A stretch of DNA of 32,000 nt from Candidatus Kuenenia stuttgartensis (GTDB taxonomy: Bacteria > Planctomycetota > Brocadiia > Brocadiales > Brocadiaceae). Shown piece by piece: positions 1-8,148 of the stretch. The DNA lies in the NCBI RefSeq assembly GCF_900232105.1, contig NZ_LT934425.1, positions 1,680,001 through 1,712,000 on the forward strand, written 5' to 3'. The notes below the pieces were generated by a model, which was not told the DNA's origin, did no database searches, and saw only the letters and a list, made by a program, of their open reading frames with translations. Positions within the stretch are counted from its first letter, which is position 1, and the number at the start of each line of letters is the position of its first letter. Both the position numbers and the translations under genes were made by a program.

Positions 1-34
1 ACAATTCTGGCTATGAACAAAGAAAGAGGGATAA

Positions 35-427
35 ATGACAACAGCAGTATTAGAAATACCTGAAGCAAAGCATGTTATATGCGATGGAGAAGAGGTACAA
101 TTAATAATAGAAGAAAAACTGAGTGCTTTTGATAAGGCGATTGAGCAGCATGACTTCCTGGAAATAGATGGCGACATAGAAGGCGATTCACCGGAAGAAC
201 ATTCGATAAAGATTATCAACCACAGGGCAGAATGTGCATATTCAATCAGTATCGATGCGGTTATCAGACAAGATTTGGGCTATGTAATAGATTCACTCGA
301 AACAGGAAATACCACGCGCCTTTACGGAATAACAAGAATTGTGGGGTATTACAGCCGTGTATCCAATTGGAATAAATCCAAAATCAGTGAATTACACGAC
401 AGGCATACGGGAAGTTATTCTGTATAA
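35..427 (+). CDS. Small protein with a tail resembling the C-terminal glycyl-radical region of anaerobic ribonucleotide reductase (NrdD)
   Basis: ORF of 130 aa; tail YGITRIVGYYSRVSNWNKSKISELHDRHTGSY resembles NrdD C-termini (RVxGYxxPVxNWNxGKxxEFxDR). Confidence 0.5.
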   Translation: MTTAVLEIPEAKHVICDGEEVQLIIEEKLSAFDKAIEQHDFLEIDGDIEGDSPEEHSIKIINHRAECAYSISIDAVIRQDLGYVIDSLETGNTTRLYGITRIVGYYSRVSNWNKSKISELHDRHTGSYSV

Positions 428-614
428 GTATTATCCTGGCATTCGCTGGCATCCCCAAACGGGAAGGAAGTTTAATGACGTTAAGCAAAAGTGTTAAATC
501 TTCCTCTTGAAAGGCATCATTTTTTAAAAACCATTGCGGCAAAGAACGTATTCGTGTTCATGTGCTGCAATGGTTTTTTTATTCACAAGATCCTGCCACA
601 GTAGGCATGCTTTT

Positions 615-1070
615 TCAAACAACGTTGGCGGATGGACGAATTCTTACCGTAAGCACGGGGCATGGCGCCTTGCGTACAACCTTTTCCGCCACACTTCCCA
701 TCATAACATGGGCGAGGCCGCTCCTGCCGTGAGTACCAATTACAATGATATCCATCTCCAGCTTTTCGCCCTTATTGACAATTTCGTTAAAAGGTATCCC
801 CTTTTCAACAATTGTTTCCACTTCTAACAAATCGGTAGTGCCCTCCGGAAGACTTTTTAACAGATCGGCGTGAATTTTTGACATCGTTGCCTCATCAAGG
901 TTGTACGGACTAAATTTGTATATTTCCGTATCATATGCACGGGTATCGATTACATGCATAATATACAACTTTGCTTCATCTTTTAATGCCAGAGAAACCG
1001 CATATTTTAAAGCAAGGTAAGAACATTCGGAATGATCTATAGGACATAATATATTTTTGAACTTTATCAT
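615..1070 (-). CDS. Universal stress protein (UspA family)
   Basis: KNILCPIDHSECSYLALKYAVSLA...IDIIVIGTHGRSGLAHVMMGSVAEKVVRKAPCPVLTVR-type motif. Start placed at MIKFKNIL (about 1070) rather than the longer ORF start at 1148. Confidence 0.92.
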   Translation of the reverse strand: MIKFKNILCPIDHSECSYLALKYAVSLALKDEAKLYIMHVIDTRAYDTEIYKFSPYNLDEATMSKIHADLLKSLPEGTTDLLEVETIVEKGIPFNEIVNKGEKLEMDIIVIGTHGRSGLAHVMMGSVAEKVVRKAPCPVLTVRIRPSANVV

Positions 1071-1197
1071 ACACTCTCCTGTTCTGTTTGAAAAAAAGAA
1101 GCAACACAAAAAATGAGTAACATTTTCACAAAATGATGTATCATTCACTATTTAAGGCATATACCGTATTACCTTCAGGGACTTTTTGCGTAAAACA

Positions 1198-2208
1198 TCA
1201 CATGCCAATACCGTCAATAACTGCACCACATTTCGAACACTTTGAATTGGTAATATTATTTTCAAGGATTTGGTAGCCATATCTTTTGATGAGCATTTTA
1301 TTGCATTGATAACAATACGTATTTTCTCCCCCTTCGCCGGGGACATTGCCTTCGTAAACGTAACGCAGTCCCGCCTCCAAACCAATCGTACGCGCTCTTC
1401 TCAATGTTTCAACAGGAGTAGGCGGTGTATCGGGCAACCGGCATCTTGGATAAAAGCGACTAACATGCCAGGGGATTTCAGGTCCTACACTCCTGATAAA
1501 TCCGGCAATCTGTTTTAATTCCGAGTCGGAGTCATTAATTCCGGGAATGATAAGGGTGGTTATTTCTATCCAGATGCCCAATTCTTTATAAGCACGAATA
1601 CAATTCAGCACGGGTTCAAGTCTTGCCCCGCAAATCCTCTTATACGTTTCGTCGGAAAAACTTTTCAAATCGATATTTGCCGCATGAAGACAGGGTTGTA
1701 TAGTTGACAAAGCCTCATACGTCGTGTATCCATTCGTTACGAACACGTTCATAATTGACCTTGAAGAGGCCAATTGTGCAATTTCATACGCATATTCAAA
1801 AAAAATAGTGGGCTCTGTATAGGTGTAGGCAATGCTTTTACAGTTATACTCCAGGGCGTCTTCAACAATCTTTTCCGGCGGCACCTCTTTGCCGGGTATC
1901 GTGTCTGAATCTTTGGGGAGTTGTGATATTTCATAATTTTGGCAATTAAGACATCTGAAGTTACACCCCGCCGTTGCTACAGAGTAAGAAGTTGACCCAG
2001 GATAGAAGTGAAAGAATGGTTTTTTTTCTATCGGGTCTATGTTTTCCGAAATAAGTTTTCCATACACGAGAGAATATAACGTCCCCCCGAAGTTTTGCCT
2101 GACATGGCAAATGCCTCTTTTGCCATCAGTAATCACACATGTATGATTACAAAGGTGGCATTTTACCTTACAATCGCCGAGTTTTTCATAAAACATTGCT
2201 TCACGCAT
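1198..2208 (-). CDS. amrS: AmmeMemoRadiSam system radical SAM enzyme
   Basis: 336 aa; CxxCxHxC N-terminus (KCHLCNHTC), radical SAM motif AGCNFRCLNCQN, YTYTEPTIFFEY, and the PWHVSRFYP region typical of AmrS. Confidence 0.9.
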   Translation of the reverse strand: MREAMFYEKLGDCKVKCHLCNHTCVITDGKRGICHVRQNFGGTLYSLVYGKLISENIDPIEKKPFFHFYPGSTSYSVATAGCNFRCLNCQNYEISQLPKDSDTIPGKEVPPEKIVEDALEYNCKSIAYTYTEPTIFFEYAYEIAQLASSRSIMNVFVTNGYTTYEALSTIQPCLHAANIDLKSFSDETYKRICGARLEPVLNCIRAYKELGIWIEITTLIIPGINDSDSELKQIAGFIRSVGPEIPWHVSRFYPRCRLPDTPPTPVETLRRARTIGLEAGLRYVYEGNVPGEGGENTYCYQCNKMLIKRYGYQILENNITNSKCSKCGAVIDGIGM

Positions 2209-2472
2209 GTTATATCAACCTCCCATACTTTATTATAGGGAATAAACGACTCTTTGTTTATTTGCAGTGTATATCTTATTACGAAAAAATTTCCAGCGAT
2301 ATTGTTTTTTCTTTATTGTGATAACGAAAAAAAGGCCTTTCTTCCCATTTACTTTTTGCATAAGTATAACAAAATACCTGCAATGGCATGAATATAAAAT
2401 TAAATATAACAAAAGCTCCGCAACTCCGTAACCAAAAAGATTTTAACCATAATACACGAAAGGTTTATACAC

Positions 2473-2481
2473 CGTAATAGG
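2473..2481. repeat. Target-site duplication of the IS66-type element, left copy (CCGTAATAG)
   Basis: Identical to 7572-7580 immediately outside the right TIR. IS66 elements make 8-bp duplications; one base may be shared with the element end. Confidence 0.7.
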
Positions 2482-2750
2482 TAACTATTCAGCGAAAATA
2501 ATTTAGAATTTACTTGACAGCAGAAATGTTACAAACAAGCAATTTACCTGGTAGTGTATGTATATGTTTGTAAATGCGTTAAAAACAGGCAGCAAGATGC
2601 CGTGCATAGAGACGTGTGTGGGGTCTGTTCAGTTATAGAATTTCGAGCCCTTGTGGTGTGTTATAGAGCGAAAGAAAAGGGTGAAAAAACCTGCAGTATA
2701 ATAGATGCAGTAGATAATTTCAGGCTAATTATATATACAGGTATCATCCA

Positions 2751-3340
2751 TTGACGATAGAGAATATAGACGTAGACGCAACACTCCAAAAAGTAGAGAA
2801 GCTGCTTTCAGAAGAGAAAGGGCTGTCACCGGCGGTGAGGTCAATGATAGAGTTGTTGGTATTATTGATAACACTGCTGGTAGGACGTCTGAACCGGAAC
2901 AGCCGCAACAGCAGCAAGCCTCCCTCAAGCGATCCGAATCGCAAGAAAGAAAGCAAGGCGAAGGGTGAAAGGAAGGCAGGCGGGCAAAAGGGCCGTGATG
3001 GAGTAACGCTCAAAAAGGTAGACAATCCTGATGAGGTGGAAGTAATAAAAGTAGACCGGAGGAAGTATCCGCGCAGCAAATACAAGGTGGTAGGTTACGA
3101 AGCACGCCAGGTGTTTGATATAAAGATTTCGCGTGTAGTGACGGAGTATCGTGCAGAGGTAGTAGAGGATGCGAAAGGGAATCGGATTGTAGCGTCATTT
3201 CCGGAAGGGGTAACAAAGGCGGTGCAGTATGGTCCGGATTTGAAAGCACATGCAGTCTATATGTCGCAGTATCAATTGATACCCTACAAGAGGATACAGG
3301 AGTATTTTGAAGGGCAGATTGGGATACCGCTGAGTGAAGG
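2751..3340 (+). pseudogene. IS66-family transposase, N-terminal part (truncated at 3340)
   Basis: RLNRNSRNSSKPPSSDPNRKK...GGQKGRDG, then DIKISRVVTEYRAEVVE...GPDLKAHAVYMSQYQLIPYKRIQEYFEGQIGIPLSEG. IS66 similarity stops at the nested transposon end. Confidence 0.9.
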
Positions 3341-3378
3341 TGCTAAGCCCCACAATAAATGAACCTGGAATTCTCAGA

Positions 3379-3681
3379 TTAAGTGGAATTAATATATTGA
3401 GGTAAAACGGATTTTAGCAGATAGACAGCATCTGGGAAAGAGGAGTTGGAATCTACCATGACGATGTCGATGGTATTAAAGTTTTTTTTACAACGGAAAC
3501 ACCTGGCGAGGTTCGTATTTGGGTTGGTGGCGGAATTAAATTCAGAACAGAGAGGGCAGAGGAAGCGGAAATAGCCTTCGGAGTATTTATGAGGTATGGA
3601 GAGGACATCAGCGATGAGTCGATCGATGGGGATATCGTTTCGTAATGAGCGCAAGAGTTGAGGGGAAAAGAGACGGGCCAT
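3379..3681 (-). CDS. Stand-alone DnaG-type (CHC2-like) zinc-binding domain protein encoded in the transposon
   Basis: IPIDRLIADVLSIPHKYSEGYFRFLCPLCSEFNSATNPNTNLARCFRCKKNFNTIDIVMV resembles the primase ZBD (IVDLI..YV.L...G.NY.GLCPFH...YHCFGCG..G.AIDF). No TOPRIM/primase domain follows. Confidence 0.75.
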   Translation of the reverse strand: MARLFSPQLLRSLRNDIPIDRLIADVLSIPHKYSEGYFRFLCPLCSEFNSATNPNTNLARCFRCKKNFNTIDIVMVDSNSSFPDAVYLLKSVLPQYINST

Positions 3682-3692
3682 GGTAGACCTCC

Positions 3693-4484
3693 TTAAAAAG
3701 ATTGAATTTCAGCAAGAGCCTGATGGAAGATATCCTGGGTAATTTTCTGTGATTGTCTGATGGAAGCGTTAATCAGGCAGGCGGTGGAAATGGCGTTGAT
3801 TTGCCTTGGGATGCCGGCGGAGAACTCATGGATCAGGTCTTTGACGTCTGAGTCAAAGATTTTATCGGATGCGCCGGAAGATTTCAGATGGAAGTCTATG
3901 TATGCAGCGGTTTGAGTTTTAGTAAGGGGATGAATGTGGTAATGTACCGAGATGCGTTGTGCGAAGTCGGCATGGATGTCTCTTTTGAGGATATATTTGA
4001 GGTGTTCCTGTCCCGAGAGGATGATTTTGAGATGAGTGGAAGAATCAAGCGGAGAGCTGACAAGGAGTCTGAGGTCTGTGATGGCGTCGGTTTTCAGGAG
4101 ATGAGCCTCGTCGATAACGATAATGGGAGTGAGATTTGAGCGCAAGGATTTATCCATAATTTGGAGGAAGAGCCGGTCTTTGGTGTGTTTTGGTATTTCA
4201 CCGAGCTGGGAGACGATTAAGGAGAGAAGGCTGGATGATTTTAGGTGGGTAAAATGGAGGTAGATGGGGAGAAACAGGTTTTGGGGGATTTGTGAGAGGA
4301 AGAGTTTGAGGAGTGTGGATTTTCCGACTCCCGTCTGTCCGTAGAGGACGGCGATAGAGCCTGAGTGTAAGAGGTATTGGAGTCGTGCAAGCCCCTGGGT
4401 AAAGCGTTCGTCTTTCATGATAAGGCTGGTGTTGATTCTTTCAGAGAACGGCTGAGTAGTCATGGAAAAATGAGAAGTAAACAT
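3693..4484 (-). CDS. AAA+ ATPase, ExeA/TniB/TnsC-like transposition protein
   Basis: Walker A GQTGVGKST, Walker B IIVIDEAH, N-terminal FSMTTQPFSERI (ExeA/TniB-like). Start is 2 bp from the transposase stop. Confidence 0.85.
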   Translation of the reverse strand: MFTSHFSMTTQPFSERINTSLIMKDERFTQGLARLQYLLHSGSIAVLYGQTGVGKSTLLKLFLSQIPQNLFLPIYLHFTHLKSSSLLSLIVSQLGEIPKHTKDRLFLQIMDKSLRSNLTPIIVIDEAHLLKTDAITDLRLLVSSPLDSSTHLKIILSGQEHLKYILKRDIHADFAQRISVHYHIHPLTKTQTAAYIDFHLKSSGASDKIFDSDVKDLIHEFSAGIPRQINAISTACLINASIRQSQKITQDIFHQALAEIQSF

Positions 4485-4486
4485 GG

Positions 4487-6047
4487 TTAAGAGACCTCCT
4501 TTTTCGAGTAAGCGATTTGTAATTCACGAATGATATAGGGTAAGGTTTTCACGGAGGCATTTTGGAATGCCTCCGTGAGCAATGATTCGTTGAGAGCGGG
4601 GATACGGTTGTAGCATTTTTTAAGCGATTCGAGTTCATGAGAGCTGAAGGCGGAGAGAGAGCCTTTGTGTCCCATGAGGAGTGCGAGTTTCTGGACGAAT
4701 GCCATGAATGGCCAGGGTCGTTCGGAGATGATTTGGTGGTAATCAATGCCTTTGGCCTGAGCCTGGAGAATGGATTTGTGTTTCTGAGTGATAAGGTCGA
4801 GGTAATTATGTTTTGGTTTTGAAGGTGAGGCGGCTGGAGTTTCAGCGCCCTGGTCGCGCAGGTAGAGATTTCCCGAGCCGAGGTATTCACCGTTTGCGGA
4901 ATAGATCAAGACCTTTTTGAGATCGCCGTATGGGTCGTAACGGACTTCTACTTTATCGCCTCTGAGTTTGGGGTCAACACGGTAAAAGCGGTTATCAATG
5001 CGGACATCGGCAAAGGTTCTGTCAACGGTTCTGGGGATGCGTTTCATGAAGAAGGCAAGAGCGGCGTCCATATCGACGTGTCGGATGACGGTAAGCCCCT
5101 CGTCGTAGCGTTGTTTTGGAGATTGATTGGTTTCGGAGTGGATTCTTGCGTGATAGACAACGGCAAGGTAAGCGGAGAAGGCCTGGTTAATGGCATCAAG
5201 GGTGATAATGTCGCCGGAGCGGACTTCCGACTCGAACTGTGTCTGGCTGGTGCCGAAGAAACGTTCGACCAGTCCGCCGGGAGCAGGGTCGCGTGGTGGT
5301 CTGTGGATGAGTTTAATGCCGAGGTTGTAACAGGCAGAGCGCAGGGCGTCAGAGTGGTAGACCTTGGCATTGTCGAGGTAGAGTTCTTTGGGCGAGCCGT
5401 GGATAGTCCAGGCCCTGATGAGAGAATCGATAAGGATATCGAGGGTTTGTTTGAGATAATACCGTTCTTCGACCACATAACGGCTGTAGCAGTCGATAAA
5501 GAGACAGAGGTTTGTGGGAAGCGCCTCGCCGTCAACGAGCACGAAAGGGCCTTCCTGGAAGTCGCCAATCCAGAGGTCGTGGGTATGCTCACGGCTAAGA
5601 GCGTATACGCACCTTTTGCTGTGAGACGCCGAGTTTGAGCCGGGTCGCCCCTGCGAGTCTGAGATGGCGGTAGAGGGTGGATTTGGGGATCGTTTTCCCA
5701 TAGTATTTCTCAAGAAAGCGGTTGAGGCAATCGTCGCTGCGGCGTGGTTGTTCTTTTTTGAGTTCAACGGCTTTGTCGATAATTTCAGGAGAAAACCTTC
5801 TGGATGCGCCACGGTCGCTCCTCGCCTTTCTTGCAAGAGATTGAAATCCATCTTTGCGGTAGCGGTTGAGTTTTCTCCTGAGGGTAGAGATAGTGGGTCT
5901 TTTCCGCTTTCCGTTGGGGAATACGACCTCCTGAAGGCAGAGTTTTTTCAGAAAAAGGTTGGTCTGCTCCTTCTCAATCTCACCGAAGATGACAGGATGC
6001 AGAAGATTGCACCAGAATAAAGCCCATTTTTCGTCTTTCGATTTCAT
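4487..6047 (-). pseudogene. Mu/TniA-like DDE transposase with N-terminal HTH and rve catalytic domain, frameshifted around 5600-5620
   Basis: ORF 5595-6047 carries the HTH part (FLEKYYGKTIPKSTLYRHLRLAGATRLKLGVSQQKV). The 4487-5851 ORF continues as HTHDLWIGDFQEGPFVLVDG...LYLDNAKVYHSDAL...PPRDPAPGGLVERFFGT (D-D-E). Both belong to one protein split by a single-nucleotide frame change. Confidence 0.8.
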
Positions 6048-6085
6048 AATTCACCTCCTTTTTTAAGTGTGGAGGTGATTGTAAC

Positions 6086-6724
6086 TCAAGACCAGCCGCT
6101 TTTTGTTGCCAGTTCGGGGAAAAATGAATGCCCAAAAATTCGGTGATATTCCGGCTCGGCGCTGAACAATTGAATCGATTGATCGAGGGAGGTTTTTCGT
6201 TGTTTGCTTTTATACTTTCCGTGGTAAATGGGAAACATTTGGCGAAAAACCGGAGAGTTGGGGTCGGCCTGCCTGATGAGGTCAAAGGCGTTGCGGAGTG
6301 TGTATTTCAGTGAGCCAAAGAAACGCAGCCACCTCCAAACGGTTGACCAGGCAAGCATGCGGTTGTCTATTTCCTGTGTTCGGGTAGTATATCCGATGGC
6401 AGAGGAGACACTCCGGTAGGTTTCTGTATCATCTTTGACATAAGCCTGACTGAAGGAGAGACAGTGATCCTTTACGTACCGCTTGTAAGGGAGCGCATAC
6501 TCAGGATAGGAAGTAAACGTCTTCTTGCACAAGGAACATTTCCAACGTCCCAGGAAAGATTCTATCGTATGAACAAGGGAGTCGATAATAACGTGAAACA
6601 ACCGATATCTGCATTCATGAAGGGTGAAATTGACATGGGTACTCTTGCACTTTGGACAAAAGCATGGCTTCTGTTTTGTCGCAATAAGCTTTTCATGCTT
6701 GTGGATTTTTTCTATAATATTCAC
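6086..6724 (-). CDS. Zinc-ribbon transposon-associated protein, DUF6431-like
   Basis: CFCPKCKSTHVNFTLHECRYR...FLGRWKCSLCKKTFTSYPEYALPYKRYV; same orientation and 38 bp upstream of the transposase. Confidence 0.6.
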   Translation of the reverse strand: MNIIEKIHKHEKLIATKQKPCFCPKCKSTHVNFTLHECRYRLFHVIIDSLVHTIESFLGRWKCSLCKKTFTSYPEYALPYKRYVKDHCLSFSQAYVKDDTETYRSVSSAIGYTTRTQEIDNRMLAWSTVWRWLRFFGSLKYTLRNAFDLIRQADPNSPVFRQMFPIYHGKYKSKQRKTSLDQSIQLFSAEPEYHRIFGHSFFPELATKSGWS

Positions 6725-6867
6725 GCACTGCCTCCTTTGTATAGGGGGGAAATGGGCAGGAGGATGAAGTTTCCCAACGTTCGGTCCTCCTGCCCTGAGT
6801 TTTTTATGTTCCGGAAAAATCTTACAAAACTTGTCCTCGTGAAAACGGGGAACTGGGAAGTAAACCG

Positions 6868-6957
6868 CCGTTAGGAAGTTTGGAAGTGGTTTTAACCTCT
6901 TCCAAACTATTTAATGAGGCTTTACTCCGCCTTACGGACGGAACTTCTTTCTAACGG
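6868..6957. other. Palindrome-rich, potentially structured segment in the transposon between the first gene and the right end
   Basis: Near-perfect 32-nt palindrome AGTTTGGAAG-T-GGTT-TT-AACC-T-CTTCCAAACT (6877-6908), with outer complementary blocks CCGTTAG+GAAGTT (6868-6880) and AACTTC+CTAACGG (6942-6957). Confidence 0.6.
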
Positions 6958-7130
6958 GGTAAACGATGTATTTTTCTTAACGTGAACAAAAAATCAAGTG
7001 AAATACTTACGCAGGATAAAAAAAAGGCGGGGTAGCTGGGTAAGATTTTTCAAATCATTTGCTGGGTATTAGACTCAAATATTCTGAGACTAATTGGGCA
7101 TTTTTGGAGCATTTATTCTAAGACGTAGCA

Positions 7131-7539
7131 GCTGGGAACTGATGAGTCAGAAAAATACCGGCAAAGGTATAGGAAGATACTCCAAAACGCAGAAGCCGAA
7201 AGCCCTCCTCCTGATGAAACGAACCGTAAGGGAAAAAGGGGGAGGGTAAAAAGGACAAAGGCACGGAATCTTCTGGAACGATTGAGGACGTATGAGGGTG
7301 ATGTGTTGAGGTTTATGGACAATAAAAATGTTCCCTTTACGAACAATTTGGCAGAAAACGATATCAGGATGACGAAGGTTCAGCAGAAGATATCTGGCTG
7401 TTTTCGTTCTTTGGAGGGAGCGAAAATTTTCTGCCGCATTCGGAGTTATCTCTCGACCTGTCGAAAACAAGGTGTAAATTTGAGCCGGGCATTACAGATG
7501 CTATTCCGTGGCGAATTGCCTGATTTTGCTAGCTCGTAG
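7131..7539 (+). pseudogene. IS66-family transposase, C-terminal part
   Basis: Open in frame after the nested transposon end: GTDESEKYRQRYRKILQNAEAESPPPDETNRKGKRGRVKRTKARNLLERLRTYEGDVLRFMDNKNVPFTNNLAENDIRMTKVQQKISGCFRSLEGAKIFCRIRSYLSTCRKQG (IS66 NLAE-DIRM-K motif). Confidence 0.9.
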
Positions 7540-7571
7540 CGACAGTGGGTGAAAATACGCTGAATAGATAC

Positions 7572-7580
7572 CCGTAATAG
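7572..7580. repeat. Target-site duplication of the IS66-type element, right copy (CCGTAATAG)
   Basis: Matches 2473-2481. Confidence 0.7.
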
Positions 7581-7629
7581 TATAATACCGGGAAAAAATG
7601 TTTTTGCTCTATCTTAATGGAAATAATAA

Positions 7630-7657
7630 TTGACATTTATTTTCTTTGTGGTACAGT
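7630..7657 (+). promoter_or_regulatory. Sigma-70-like promoter upstream of the riboswitch
   Basis: TTGACA (7630-7635), 16-nt spacer, TACAGT (7652-7657). Confidence 0.55.
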
Positions 7658-7679
7658 ACCGCCGAATATTTCATCGATT

Positions 7680-7772
7680 GAAAAAGGCAAACCAACCGCA
7701 AGTTTGGGACGCAAAGCCATGGGTCTTAAGCGTGAGTTCTTTATACGTAAAGATTGCCAGGTTGCCGAATTG
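7680..7772 (+). ncRNA. Cyclic-di-GMP-I (GEMM-I) riboswitch aptamer
   Basis: Matches the GEMM-I core: GGCAAACCaaccGCAAgtttGGGACGCAAAGCCatGGGTCTTa...GATTGCCAGGTTGCCGA. Confidence 0.93.
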
Positions 7773-7944
7773 AGATGTTCGCACTTTGCGAGAAGGATAA
7801 GAATTTTCGGGCCATTCATTACGCTTTCACCATATTGCAGAGATCACAAGTAGATTGTAGCGCATAATACTGAAAATGCTTAAGACTTATAGAAAATTAT
7901 CGGGAAATCTTAACAAAGTGCTTCTGGTAAACGTGCATTATAAT

Positions 7945-7990
7945 AAAGACCCAAGCCTTTTGCATTACTATGGTTTTGGGTCTTTTTTTT
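7945..7990 (+). terminator. Rho-independent terminator between riboswitch and pseudopilin gene
   Basis: AAAGACCCAAgcc...ggTTTTGGGTCTTTTTTTTT: stem followed by a U-tract. Confidence 0.85.
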
Positions 7991-8148
7991 TGAATAAAGA
8001 AGGTAAAAAAACAGATTGAGATATACGAACGGTGGCATTTTTTTAACACAAAGATAAGGGATGAGTATATTTTTTACGTTTAGGCGCCAATTCGATGTAT
8101 TTTGTGATGGTGTTGTCTTAAACAATTTTTTTTAATGGGAGAGTAAAA

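Larger units (their letters stand above)
3341..7130. mobile_element. Nested four-gene transposon, TniA/Mu/Tn7-like (Mu-type DDE transposase plus AAA ATPase)
   Basis: Lies exactly between the two IS66 transposase fragments. Imperfect TIRs: left TGCTAAGCCCCACAATAAATGAACC..., right (reverse complement) TGCTACGTCTTAGAATAAATGCTCC.... Four minus-strand genes inside. Confidence 0.72.
2482..7571 (+). mobile_element. IS66-type insertion element, interrupted and internally deleted by a nested transposon
   Basis: Left end GTAACTATTCAGCG (2482-2495), right end CGCTGAATAGATAC (7558-7571; 13/14 inverted match). Flanking direct repeat CCGTAATAG at 2473-2481 and 7572-7580. Contains N- and C-terminal parts of an IS66-like TnpC. 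Confidence 0.8.

Noticed and set aside
5078-5638. Long ORF antisense to the DDE transposase, plus similar antisense ORFs at 3888, 4637, 6464, 13534, 25763 and 28889
   Set aside because: Shadow ORFs opposite strongly supported coding regions; no recognisable domains.
7617-7853. 78-aa plus-strand ORF
   Set aside because: Overlaps the c-di-GMP riboswitch aptamer; no RBS or family similarity.
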